DNA from: Podospora anserina
Lineage: Eukaryota
Assembly (NCBI GenBank): GCA_017654855.1
Contig: JAFMPO010000001.1
Coordinates: 930,001 to 994,000, forward strand
Length of the DNA stretch: 64,000 nucleotides
Direction of reading: 5' to 3'
Positions 13,281 to 26,046 of the stretch are shown here, one piece after another (within the stretch, counting starts at the first letter, position 1; each line of letters starts with the position of its first letter). The notes beneath the pieces are model-generated. The model was given only the letters and a program-made list of their open reading frames with translations. It made no database searches and was not told the DNA's origin. A program made the position numbers and the translations under genes.

Positions 13281-15161
13281 CTATCCAAACAACCGATCCA
13301 GCACCCTGTCAAAGGCGTTCCTGTCGTGACGTTAGTAAAAAGAAAGGGTCTTTCGCAACTGATATAGAAAAATACGTACTTTGGGGGGCTGGGAACATAT
13401 GTCCTTTGGTACTCTTCAATTTCATCGACATTCTTTACCAAGTCGATCTCATCTGAGCGATGCAGTTTTGTCTTGTTGACAAACTTGTATCCTAGATACA
13501 AGATGGGACATACCGCAATCATTGTAAACCTGTTCTCAGTCAGCTGGGCACTCTTGTCTTGGTCCGGAATTAGACTTACGAAAATAAGAACGTTGGCACA
13601 TCCCACTTTCCGGGCAGGAAAACCGTGTACCCTCCGACAAATGTCATGACGGACGTCCCGATCAGCGCATACCACGCCGCATAAGGTTGCAACATGGCCT
13701 TGTACGGCAGGTCGTCTCTCTTGAACCCCTGAGCCTTCATCCCATAGTAGAACCGCAGGTACGTCACACACATGCAGGCAAAGTTGATCAGTTGGCTCGC
13801 CGTGACCAAGTTCACAAACCATTGAAGCACCACTGCGGCATCGTTTGAGACCTGCAAGAAACTCAAGAGCGAGATTCCCAAAACTACCAAGACGGCGTAC
13901 AGAGGCACTCCCTTAGTTGTGACCTTTGTAAATATCTTTGGAGCCTTCCCCTCTAGCGCCATGCCGTAAAGAGACCTTGAGGCGCAATAGACATAGCTGT
14001 TTCCCGCCGAGAAGGCCGCCGTCAGGACCATAGCATTGACAATATCCGGCAGCACCCTGATGTTCAGCCGGTTCATCGCAATAACATATGGGCTTGCAGC
14101 TGCGCCCGGTGCACCCGTCGAGAATGCTATCTTCATCTCCTCGTCAGTGTATGGCACGAGAACACCAACCGCCAAACTTCCGAGCATAAAGAATGTCGTT
14201 AGCCGGTAAAACACAGCATTGAAAGCCCTGGGCATCACCACTCTCGGGTTTTCCGCCTCCCCGGCTGCCATGCTCACATAATCCGGCCCTGCTATGGTGA
14301 ACGATGCCTGGATCAAACACTGCAGAAATCCTAGAAATCTCCCCAAGTCTCCTGTGTGGTACAACTCGGCAAAGGCGCCTGGATCGCTCCAGTATCGAAA
14401 CCCAAACCTGTCTCCGGTCGGGTTCCCACCGCACATTACCACCACGGTAAAGATCAAGAGGGCAATAATGAGCAGCACTTTTCCCAGCGCAGCCCAAAAC
14501 TCGACCTCTCCGTACCACTGCACAGCCAGCACGTTGATCAACCCATACAAGCAGATGATAATGGCGATGATTCCTCCAGCGGGTACAATCTCAGAGCCTT
14601 TCCAATAATGCAAAATAACATTGCAGGCGACAATTTCAAACGGCACCAGCGCGGCCTCGAAGATGAAGAAATTCCACCCGCAGGCAAAACCAAAGGCTTC
14701 GTCGACATAACGGCCGGCGAGTCGGATGAATGGCGAGGAAATGGGAAGGTAGGTCACCATCTCGGCCATGCAGAGCGTCACGGCAAGGATGAAGGAGCAC
14801 CATATGGTGAAGGCGAGGAAGAGGGAGGCGGGTCCACCTTGGAGGAGACCACGGCCGATCTGGACATAGAGGGCTGTGCCGATTGTCCCGCCAATTCCTA
14901 TCTCTGCGTGTTAGTTACGGAAAGAAGCAAGAGCAGTGGGGTTGCCTAGGGCAAATGGTTACCTATAAGTTGAATGTGACGAGACTTGAGCTGGCGTCTC
15001 ATGCTATGCTCTTCTACCTGGGACCCGGAGAGCGACGGCGATGAAAGGGGGCCCCTTTTCTTTTCGTCGGTGCCACCATTGCTGAGAGAAGATGATAAGC
15101 CCCCCTTCTCCTGATCATGGTCTCCTGGGCTGGCAATAAGGTCGATTCCCGTGGAGGACAT
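13281..15161 (-). CDS. Amino-acid permease (APC/YAT family, AGP2-like); 4 exons
   Basis: RQLKSRHIQLIG|IGGTIGTALYV, YGEVEFW, AGEAENPR, GNSYVYCASRSLY and many TM segments; last exon NAFDRVLDRLFG* ends at 13281. Confidence 0.92.
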
Positions 15162-16144
15162 CGCTCCGTGGTGATTTATTTCAGTTGATCTCGATGGATT
15201 TGTTTGAGTAGGAGTGAAAAGAATTCCACCACAAAGATCATTCTGGTGATGCTTTTCTTTTTGTAAGAAATATCACGGGGAACCAGTCCGGGGCAATTGG
15301 CGGTGTCTTGCAGGGAGACCGAATGTTTTGACGGAAGGAGCAATGGTACAACGGATGCAGAGATCAATGTTGTGCTGGGTCGAGTAAACGATGGTTGGTT
15401 GGGAAGGGCAAGTACGTCACTTTTTGAAGCACGTAATTCAAATTCTAAAGACGGCCCACGGTGATCAGATCCCAACGGGGAAGGAGGATCCAACGAAAAT
15501 ATCTGTAGATTTTAGCGACTGGAGGAGAGGACGTGGGGGAACCACCCGGATGTGTGCCGTTCGCCGGTTCGTGACACTTTCCTTGCATATCTTCCACAGC
15601 ACGAGGAGAACGCAACCGGGAAGCACCCTGCTGTCGCCTGTAAAGCCGATCGGGGGTCGCCGAAGGATCTGAACTGTGGAACGTGCCAAGGCCGGTCCCG
15701 TTCCGATTCGGTATTCAACGACAGCCGTAACTGCCGTCCGAGATTTGGTCCGACTGGATTGTCCGATTCAACACTTTCAGCGGAACAATCGCACAGAAAA
15801 TAAACTCAAATGTCATTTCATTCGAAATCTCTCGTACATGCGCTAACCACCGCAATGGCGGCACCCGGACAGCAGACAGGTCTGCGACGGCTGCCTAGTG
15901 GGCTTTGGGTCGGTCAAACTCAAAATGACCATGACGTCTTGATTCAAGTTGGGTAGGTACGGTGGCTGATTTGGGGCATGGTATTCGGTCCTCCTGTCTT
16001 TTTGCAGAACAAACCCACGATCTCGTCCTCGTCCCATGACATTTGTTGACTGGACCCATCGACAAAAATCCCAATCGCAGACGTCACATCGCATCGTCCA
16101 GAGAACAGGCCCGAAGGCACCCCACATTCGGGTAGGCCATCACC

Positions 16145-17355
16145 ATGTGCCGGGGAACAAAGTCCAGAATGAGCTGTGGTCACTTCCATGTCAGCTTCCA
16201 CGAACGGTGCCACCCTTGGTGCAACGAGCCTGAAGTACAGTTCATCGGGCAAAAAGACGAGCGATGCGGCCATTGTATTGCGAAGACCCAGGTGGACTCT
16301 TCAAGAGCCAGCAGGCTCCAGGATGCTTGGGATTCATATTGCAACGATGCGAAGCAGGAGGTGCTTGTGTCTCTCCGGGAAAAGATCATCTCCGCCAACC
16401 GGGAAATCAGGGCTCTCAAGGAAGAGTTCCCCGACCTGGACGGTCTATCATCTGAACTAGAACGAGTACGAAAGGAACAGTCCGAAACCATGCGGATGAT
16501 CCACGCACAAATGGAACGGGCGAAGGAGGAAGGGGCCATGAAGGAACTGTTGCTCATGCAAGAAAGGAAGAGTTCTCTCCAAAGGAAGAGGGACTCCGGG
16601 CGTTGTGGGAACGGGGCCACGGGGAATCAATTGCTCGAATCTCTTGACGGGGATATTGAGCGCCTGAATGAAGAGCAAGTGATGCTGATGGAAAGGTCTC
16701 CCGAGCTTACCAGGCTCATCTGGCTGGATCGGCAACTGGTGCAGCTGGAATCCAACGAGACAACGCTGTGTTCGCACGACAGTCTAGCAAAGCTAGATGC
16801 TATCACCAGAAGCCGGGATGTTTACGTGGCCGACGAGATCAGACTGACAGAGGAACGGCTAAGCAACCTCAAGTCTATTGAGGGACGATTGAGACATCAG
16901 GCAATGCAAGAAAAGGCAGAGGTCAAGAACGCCCGATGTGAGGGTTGTGCGGCTGCTCAGAAAGAGCCTGACAGGTATGTACGGCTGTTTTCTCTTCTCC
17001 CAAAACCTTTTCTCGTAGATTTTTGACAATAGCGTGTAGTGATTTGGTTCAAGTCGAGGATACTCCCATCGCATGTCCCGAGACGCTGTCGCTCACCACC
17101 AACACAAAACGCAGTCTTACTACCGTCGTGGCCCCCGAGACCCTATCATCTACCACGAGCAGACCAAGCATTCCACTACCTCGTTATTCATTGCCTCGTT
17201 CGTCATTGCATCGCCCGTCTAGCTATATTTCCAGGCAATCCATTAACGAACAGAACCAGCCTCGTATTCTGTATCGAATTTTCACTCTAGCCACCGATCC
17301 CGCCGAATGCAGCTCCAGATGGTCGTTGAGGGCCTCACAACATTACGGCGAGTAG
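16145..17355 (+). CDS. Hypothetical protein: N-terminal Cys/His cluster, long coiled coil, S/T-rich tail; intron 16975-17039
   Basis: 293-codon ORF with CACCATG context; GTATGT..TAG splice joins it in frame to the 17023-17355 ORF. Confidence 0.65.
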
Positions 17356-17435
17356 CCTGCTTGCCGTATTCTTGGTTTCCTACAAAAAAGGAAAATCCAA
17401 AAAGAAGCTAACAGAAGCAAACCGTCCGTGTTTTT

Positions 17436-18926
17436 CTATTTCCCCCCCTGCTGTCTATTCTCCTCCTCCAAAAACTGCCTCACCTCTTTTACCCTCGTCA
17501 CCTCCCCCTTCTCCTTTCCCATGGTATTCTTCTTCTGGGTATAAAACTTGACTCTATCATGCGCCAGCTTTCCAGCACGGCGTTTATCAGTTGGACAGCG
17601 CAACAGCGGAATCAGAACAATGGCGGAGAGCGTATCAAAGACTTTTTGGGGCGTCACCCCGTGGCGGGCGGCCACCTCGTCGTACGGGAAGGTTTCCTCG
17701 GCCGTTTCGGCAATGTCGATGAGCAAGTTTGGAGACGGCTTTTTGCGGAGGGGGATGGTGAATTTTGTCTTGTTGGGTGGCTGTTTTTCGGGGGCTGTGG
17801 TGGGTGCTTTCAACAATTGGGGTGGTGGTGGTGGTGGTGGTGGTGGGGGCCCTGGTGATATTTGCGTCTGCGGTTGAGAGGACGGCTGAAGAGGAGCTTG
17901 CTGAAGCCAACGCATGTGCTCTTGCTGAACTACCGTGCAATGAAGGCCGGGTGGCTTGCATGGGCTTTGATTATGAATCGGACTTTGGACAGAGGTTGAG
18001 CAACATGGGCGCCCTGGCGTCGATTGCGAGCCCGGTGGAATCAACATGTGTCGTGGTTGTTGCTCTTGTTTCGGGTTGTGAGGTCGGAATACCGGTGGAC
18101 CCTGACTTTGCATTGGACGCGGATTCATCCACGGGTTTGGGCTCGAGTTCATGCTCAAGTTCATGTTTTGTTGCGGCATTGGAACAAGACTTCCCATAGA
18201 GTACATTGCAAAGGGAATAGCGTTTGGTCCGAATGCTGCTTGGTTGATCATCTGACTGGACATGTGTGTGCTGCTAGTGATGAGAGCATTGTTATCTGAT
18301 GGTGAAAGCATCTGACCTGTCTCATACGCCGGGTTGTTCATTGTGATCCCCCCAAAATCGAGGCAGGGGACTTGCTCGAAACATGGCGACGATGTGGAAT
18401 TGAACAAAGCGCTGGAACTGGTGAAAAGCGATGTTGGATGGCTTGTAGATGGCATTGGCTGCGACATCTGTTTGGGTGAAACTGCCACCGACATGCGTGG
18501 TACGCGACTGATTGGAGGGAAATCCGTAGGGAAGGCAAAGCTTTCAAGAACTGGGATTAATGCACTGGGTTGTTCGGGGCTCATTCTGGGGCTAGGATCC
18601 TGAGATGGGCCTGGCCCAGTGTCAGTAGTTCTAGTGACGCTGCTGGGTGGTGCAGGTTGATCGGAAGCATGGCGATGGCTAGCAGAAGCTTGATGTAACT
18701 GCGAGCTGTTTTTGGTTATTCTAGAAACTGCCGGGTCTGGCTTTTGATCGTTCAGGTGTGGGTTTTGGGCTGGCTGGTCGTTCAGGCGTGGCTTCTTGAC
18801 GGGACAACAAGATATAAACTCCACTTCATCATCGTCCGCCGTCCGTTTGGCTGGGATTGCTTGAGCGGGCTTTGCTGCCACTAGCTGAGACGCTGAACCC
18901 TTCTCCTGCTGTTTCGAAGACGACAT
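17436..18926 (-). CDS. Hypothetical P/Q/S-rich protein with compact C-terminal helical (HTH-like) domain
   Basis: 496-aa ORF; NLS-like PVKKPRL; ordered C-terminal segment KPSPNLLIDIAETAEETFPYDEVAARHGVTPQKVFDTLSAIVLIPLL. Confidence 0.75.
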   Translation of the reverse strand: MSSSKQQEKGSASQLVAAKPAQAIPAKRTADDDEVEFISCCPVKKPRLNDQPAQNPHLNDQKPDPAVSRITKNSSQLHQASASHRHASDQPAPPSSVTRTTDTGPGPSQDPSPRMSPEQPSALIPVLESFAFPTDFPPISRVPRMSVAVSPKQMSQPMPSTSHPTSLFTSSSALFNSTSSPCFEQVPCLDFGGITMNNPAYETGQMLSPSDNNALITSSTHMSSQMINQAAFGPNAIPFAMYSMGSLVPMPQQNMNLSMNSSPNPWMNPRPMQSQGPPVFRPHNPKQEQQPRHMLIPPGSQSTPGRPCCSTSVQSPIHNQSPCKPPGLHCTVVQQEHMRWLQQAPLQPSSQPQTQISPGPPPPPPPPPPQLLKAPTTAPEKQPPNKTKFTIPLRKKPSPNLLIDIAETAEETFPYDEVAARHGVTPQKVFDTLSAIVLIPLLRCPTDKRRAGKLAHDRVKFYTQKKNTMGKEKGEVTRVKEVRQFLEEENRQQGGK

Positions 18927-19678
18927 GATGGCTACTTTTTCGTCGGCAGTGGATGTGTGGGTGCGAACTGGCTTCAGGGCAAGCGCGAGTTATATGTCCA
19001 ACGATTCAAAGCATCGCGTTAAAAAGCTGGCGGTGAAAAAGGAACACATGGGAGCCTGTCATTTGATCCGATAAGTACTTCACAGGAGGCATCTTTGAAG
19101 AGTTGGAATGCGGGACAAGGGGACTATTGAATGGATGCAGCTTGTTGTACATGGCTTCATGATTCAGCAGGAGAGCAAAGCTTGGGCTGTTGTGCGCATT
19201 AGGATGAGATGTAGAGTAGACCTTTCGATGATTATGCATCAAGGTTCTCAGCTGAGGCTCTATATACCTGAAGTAAAAGGTGAATGAGGGGTTCCAGTAT
19301 GATATGTTCACCATGTTGGAGTCTCGTGTTTTGTCTCAGAAAGGTGCAGCTCCTGAACAAGGGGAAAGGGGGTGTTAAGATCTGAGCTACGCTACTGCAG
19401 CTGTCACAAGTCTGCGAGCAGCTGGCACCACTGCGTGGGTTCTGAGTCCCCACTCGCCTGTGGCCCAAGCTCCCAACGGCGGGGCAAGGCTGAGCTTCTG
19501 CCTTGTGAATTGCTCCCCGCATCATCTCCAACTCTCCCTAATTCTTCCACCAACAATCTTGTGTTTGTCTCCCAACGAAATCGAAGTAACTACAAAACTT
19601 GCTTCCAAATACACGCCCAAAGAAGCCATAAGCATTTTTTTCGACCCAGAAGCGACCACGAACCGAAGAAGCACCACC

Positions 19679-21175
19679 ATGGCGAACCAGGCAGGAGGGG
19701 CCAACGAGCTGCTATCCGCCCAGAAGTCATCAGACTCCGGTCTCCAAATCATTCTTCACCCACTCCCGATCCTTGAGATTTCCGACTTTATTACCAGAGG
19801 TTACCAAAGGAACTACAAGGGCGCCGTTGTTGGTGGACTTCTTGGTCAGCAAAATGGCCGCGAGATCACTATTGAGCACAGCTTCAGCATCAAGTCGGTG
19901 AAGAAGGAGGAGGATGGTGGTGTCTACGAGCTCGATGAAGAATGGTTCAGGCAAAGGTTGGATCAAAGTATGAGAATTCACCCAGTCATTTAAGCAGTAC
20001 GCGTTTTGGCAACTAACATGGCGGAAGTGAAACTTGTCCACAAATCACCACAGCTCGACCTGGTAGGCTGGTATGCTCTCGTGCCCAAGTCGGGCCCAAC
20101 AGTCCTCCACCTGCCAATCCACCGCCAAATCAGCACTGTCAACGAGTCCGCCGTATTGTTAGGATTCCATCTGGAGGACATGCTTTCTCCCGCGGCTGGG
20201 GACCCGCTTCCAATCACGATATATGAGTCGAACATGGAGGCCGAAGGTGAAGATAAGGAGATGAAGGATTCTGAAAACCCAACCAACATGGTTCTCCGCT
20301 TCCGCAAACTTCCCTACGCAACTGAGACTGGAGAGGCCGAGATGATAGGCATGCAGTTCATTCGTGAGGGTGGCGCCAACGCTTCGGCAGATGATGCCCC
20401 AGTCGAAACGAAAAACATCGCTGAGCAATTTGAGCAAAAGATCGCCGTGACGGATGGCAAGGGCAAGCGTAGGGCCGTTATGACCTCTGGGTCCGTTTCG
20501 AAGAACCCAGTCAGTCCGAGTAAAGGCAAGGGGAAACAAAAGGACGAGCCCTCCTCTTCCCCACCGCAGGCCGAGCCACCCAATCCCGACATCAACCTCA
20601 CCAGGTCAGAGTCAGAGTACATGGCTGCGCTCCAAGCAAAGTTCAATGCTATCAAGATGCTCAAATCACGTATCGCTTTGATCATCACCTATCTGCAACG
20701 CCTCCCTCCCACTTTCACGGAAGGAAAGCAAACCACACAGGAAGCTTCTGATGCTGCTCGTGCCTCTGGCGGCCAATACACGATTCCCTCGAATAACATA
20801 CTCCGGCACATTCAGTCGCTGGTCACCAACATCGACCTTGTCACCCCTGCTGAACAGGCCGCTTTGCGAAAGGAAATGCTGCAGGAGACCAACGATGTAA
20901 AACTCATCTCTTTGATCTCTGACTTGTTGACCAGCGTCGCTGAGGTCAAGGAGGCAGGTAAAAAGTTCAGCATCCTGGAGTCATCAAAACAAACACGTGG
21001 ACCGAGAGGTGGTGTTGGGTATGGCGGGCCAGTGGGAGACAAGAGCAATGACTATGAATTAACCGGTTCCTATAGCCCTATTCATTCGAGGGGACATGCT
21101 GAGTTTGGCACGACAGGGTCTGTTTCACAAGAATTTGGTGGTGCCTCCGATATGCTTCACAACCTCTCTGATTAA
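19679..21175 (+). CDS. csn6: COP9 signalosome subunit 6 (MPN- domain); intron 19968-20027
   Basis: ILHPLPILEISD, VVGGLLGQQNGREITIEHSF, LDLVGWY, YATETGEAEMIG; no JAMM motif. Confidence 0.88.
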
Positions 21176-22357
21176 AGTGCTCGTGACGACGAGAGCGGAC
21201 CACGATAAACACTGAGGGGCTCTACAAAAACAGGAGATGAAGGGGTTGGGGAGCGCTAAGGGCAGCAGACATGTACATGCACGAAACATAACGAATATGT
21301 GTCCCCGGTGAGCAAGATAAAGCAATGACAATTATGATGAGTTTATGTATGGCGTTAAACATCCGGGAAAGACAGGACAGGGGCATGAATCAGGGTCAGG
21401 AAATCAGGCAAGGGCATGGGCATGAAAAGGAAACATGATTAGTGGTAGCGTCAGCCAGTCACCACGAATACAGGAAAATGCTATGCCTTTGAGCCAACAA
21501 AGCTATACACCGGTAAAAGTCATGCAAAATTAGAGACTACTTGATTACTAGTCTGACTGGTGACCTCACAAAACTCCCAAAACAGATATAGCATGTGTGA
21601 GTGAAAAAATAGACAGCGACCAAGGAGAAGCAACACACTAGAATTGGTCTGCCTACCCACATTCAAGCCCCAACCAGCTTCCGAACCCCTCCGCTCTCTA
21701 TCACCATATTGTTATCGCTCCCCTGATGTGAATCACAACTCTTCATCTGCTCCATATTTGCTTACCTGCTGCGCTTGGAACCCTCTGCAATGCCCAGTGG
21801 CATTATCGATAGCACAGCAACATCTGATTTGGTGAACCCTTGGTGTTCATTGAAAGGAACAAAGCCAAAGACGAAAGATTGATCACACCAAGGAGATGAA
21901 CACAGCATCATCGTGAAAGAGACAGAAAGATAAAAATAATAATAAAAAGTAGCGATTAGAAAAAGGCAAAAAGGTCATGTCCCCCATCTGTCTATCCCAT
22001 CCCAGTCTTTGTTGCTTCATACCGCTGGAACCTAAAAGAGAGAGAAAAAAACAAAGTGATGACAGTAATAGTAGGTAAGAAATGATCGCACACTCTAATA
22101 AGAGAGAAAGTGGCAAAAAAGTAATCAAGAAAAAAAAAACATCAAAAAGAAATCAAAAGAAAACACTGCCAATCCCTGATTTAGGGATGACAAGGTATCA
22201 TCGTGGTAATCATTAGACCCATTTCCTGTCCACCCATCCGTCTATATTGTTGCTTTGGCAATACCGAAAAAGAGATGTCTTCATATACAAGAAGCTGAGA
22301 TCAAAGAAGAGAGGTCGAAACCGAGGCGGGGGGCTGACCATCATGAGTCTGCACAGT

Positions 22358-23846
22358 CTACTCGGCTTCAATGACGACCTTGAGTACGAGATTGCCGTCG
22401 TCATCCACGGTCCTGCTCGCGAGCTCAAACGCCCCCTTGGCATTGTCGAGGCCCTTGAAGCGGTGGGTGACCATCTCGTCCAAGTTCGGCAGAGCATAAC
22501 CGCCACGGGTTGGTCTGTTGCGGGCGCAGAGGAGCTTCATTCCGGTAGCATAGGTGTTGGCATACCGAAAGATACCCAGGATGTCAATCTCGCGTAGATG
22601 GGCTACCGACATGGGAAGGGTTTGGATCGGCGTCCCCATGCCCACCATGATGACCTTTCCTCCGGCCTTGGTGGCGTACAGGGCTGTGTGCATGCACACC
22701 TCTTTGCCAGTACATTCAAACGTGATATCGACGCCATCGCCCTCGTCATCGATCAAAGGGCTAGAGCCGTTTGCCTCGGCGAGCATCTCGGCAGCGAGTG
22801 TCTTGGCTGTGTCAAGGGAACTCTGAAACGAGATGGTGCTGGCGGGCGTCATGACGCCTTCGCAAGGCGTCGACGTGCCCGAGTTGCTGCTGTTGTACAG
22901 TGATGAGCAGCTGGAAGAGGTGTGGAGCTGTTTTGGCACCACATAGCCGTGTGTGGCAAAGCCTTTGGCGATGGCAAAGTTGACCCGGCCTTGGTCCACA
23001 TCTGCAATGGTGACGGTAGAGCATCCGGACTGGCGAGCCATGGCGGCGGTCAGAAGACCAACAGCTCCCGCACCAAGTACAAGTGCACTGGAGCCAGGCG
23101 TAGGAGTGGCCCGGTTGACAGCATGCAGGGCTACTGAGAGGGGCTCGAGCAGAGCAGCAGCATCAAAGGAGACATTCTCGGGGAGCCTAGAAAGAGAAGG
23201 TTTAGCCATCTGAGCTATGATGAGACATGTAGATTGCCAAACATACTTGTGACACCACGTTGCGGGGTGGTTTATGCGATCTTGCAAAGTGCCCTGGAAA
23301 TGCGGGAACGATTTGGCACTGCTTCTGAACCGCATCTTCTTGCAGAGGTTATACCTCCCCTGGCGGCAGATACCACACTGGCCACAGGGTATACCGACCT
23401 CGAGTGCAACGCGGTCACCAACATTAAAGCCGGTGACGTGAGGCCCGATGGCAACGACGGTTCCCGAGGACTCATGGCCCAGAGAAAGGGGCTGACAGGC
23501 ACAAAGGTCACCGTTGGCGAACTTCTTGTAGTAGGACACATCAGATCCACAGATTCCTGTGGTCTTGATGGCAACCTGTAGTTCACCAATCCCCGGTTCT
23601 TGAATATGTCTTTGCTCCTAGACGTGGTGTGAGCAGCTTGACCATTGGACGCGGCTGGCCGAAAATGTCAAGGCTGAGAAACGACCCCTATCATAGTCCC
23701 TGTGTAACCGACCGATCTAAGATCTCTTGGGGCACCCAGGGGTCAGAAGGCGAGGGGCGGGGTGACAGCTATAAAGACAAACTTACCAATCGTAAATCAC
23801 GCGGGCCATGCAGGACTGACGCATTGATCGTTGAAGCTTTTGACAT
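22358..23846 (-). CDS. Zn-dependent MDR polyol dehydrogenase (sorbitol/xylitol/arabinitol DH-like); introns 23786-23618 and 23246-23187
   Basis: ASVLHGPRDLRL, GICGSD, LGHESSG, structural-Zn CGQCGICRQGRYNLC, LLEPLSVA, GAGAVG, FRYANTY. Confidence 0.92.
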
Positions 23847-25966
23847 GGCGGGTATGTGCATTGGCGCCGAGTCACCAGTTGCGGAGGGCGCCATCTTCAA
23901 GGAAGGGAAATGGGGGGCGTGGGATGTAAGCGGGATGCAGAGGTGGGATAGGTGTGTCCAGCCAACGAGGGGCCGTGAAAAGGGGTCTTCCCCGTGGGGT
24001 TTTGGGAATCCGGGGAGCGCAGCTAGGGGACCAAAGGCTTGCTGTGTGATCCGAGAAGCACCACTGCGGCTCTGTTTGGTGTACGTGGGCGCGGGATGAT
24101 GTGAGTTGAAGGGTGGTCAGGGAACGCGAGAGAATCGAGGGACAGAAAAAGATAAAAATGTGAAGGGGCAGAGGCAAGTCTGGTGGCGACGCCTGCGTAT
24201 GGATATGAGGGAGGGGGGAAAAAACTCTCAGGGCCAGGGGAAACGGATCTGGAGTGGATGGAGCAAGTGAGGAAAAGCTGGCGGATGCTCGTAAACTTAG
24301 ATCCAGAGTGGGGGTCTCGCCAGGCTCTTTAAGTATAGTAACGACGGTTTGGTTGCCATGATATGAAGCACTGACGTGCTGATATGTGTCAATCCTTGGT
24401 GGATGCAGTCCGGGGGTGGGAAGGTAGGAAGCAGCAGCGTCAAGAAACCAGGGGCTAGACAAGGTTCAGGAGCGGAAGTGAAGATGCTTGTCTTCCCTCT
24501 CTAGAGCCAAAGCACCACTTTGAACCAGCCGGCTCACCCAGTCAGATATCGACTAGTTATCTCTACTTCTGCACAAGGGAGCAAATCTTAAGGGACCATC
24601 CATGCGCTCCATAGCAGCGCAGAGAGAAGCTCCATAATCTCGGGATCTCATGCAAGGAGGCTAACGAGGGTTTGTTGCTTCGGCAGGACATCCCATCATC
24701 CATGTCCGAGGACGCTACGGCAGCAGCATCGCGACATTCAAGGGTAGAAAAGCTTCACCCATCCGGCGCCGGAGGCGGTTCAAAAGCACCGAGAATCCCC
24801 ACCAGCGCCACTGTTTGGCTTCTGCGTCTCTGCACTTTTGATGTGGACATATGTGCATGTATGTGTATGTATATGCTGTGGCAGCTGTGTGCAAGTACGG
24901 TAGGTGAACTGTGGTGGCGGCGTGCTGTGTACTGGAACCTTGGGTGATGCGGGAGAACGGGATACGCACCGTAGGCCCCTGGCAAGTATGGGTACCTTGA
25001 GCACGTTCCAGAGTCGCAACTGTCGAGGAACAGAGTATGTTGGAGACCAGCCAGGCCAGTCCTGGTGCGATCCGGGAGCACCTGGGGCGAGGGTCTTTCC
25101 CGTCTGGGTCTGCTCGAACCGTCTGAGTGGACCGCTTTTCGACAAAAATGAGGTACTGTCCGAGAAGGGCACAGAGTGCCGGGATCTCGACGCAATGGAG
25201 GAACGAATAGCTGGCTTCCATGCAGCAACATGCATGTATATGTAAAGTACGGCTACTTGGCCGCGGCTTGTCTGCAGACAGCTAGGGTACCTATCACTTA
25301 TCGCCAGAGGCTGGGTGCTCAGACAACAATAACCGGGAAGAGGTAAACCGGCAGATTGCGAAGCCGACAACGGCTTGCGGCCGAGGGAAGAAGAGTCAGA
25401 ACGATGAGAATAGAAGCCAGGTCGACCGCCAACGGGGACAGGGTAAGTCGGCGGTAACGGTAATATCAGACGGAAGACGGGTGCCCAGGGCCGGCTGTTC
25501 CAGTGTTTAGCGAGGCTACACAACTCCCGGCCACTACAACGTCGTCCGGGATATGACGATATATGTATAGGCAGCAGAACCCTCACCTCGCCCCGGCAGG
25601 TGGAGAGATGCTCGTGAAGAGCTTTACACCGATGGGGAGCAGAGGATGCCTGTAGAGCCGAAGGTGGTGTGGGCCGAGTTGTGCACTCCCAAGAGCGATC
25701 GCGGACTTGGGTCAAAGGTGTCAAGCTGTCTTGATGGGTGGACGGAGAGAGGACGGGGAGGGACGAGAAGTCTGGAGGAATCATGAATGGGGCAGGGGGT
25801 TGGAGAAGGGTGTGTGGGGATGCGGTGTTCGCATCTGGGCTGTGAATGGCGTCGATGACGAGTTAGAGGGGCAAGCCAGATGTAGGCAAAGCGAGGTAGG
25901 TGGGATAAAAACCTGGAGAGAGACGGAAAAGAATGAAACGCTCGAGTCAATCATGAAGATTGCGCG

Positions 25967-26046
25967 GTACCTAGGTACAGGGCACCTGCCTTGCCTAGGT
26001 ACCTACCTACCTTAGGTATCTACGGCTACCGCGCCGACCCTAGGTA
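25967..26046. repeat. Cluster of TACCTA/TAGGTA motifs including palindrome GTACCTAGGTAC
   Basis: Several overlapping copies in about 80 bp. Confidence 0.65.

Noticed and set aside
24780..25784. 334-aa minus-strand ORF as a protein-coding gene
   Set aside because: Composition is not protein-like and it crosses a simple repeat; kept only as a possible uORF/lncRNA
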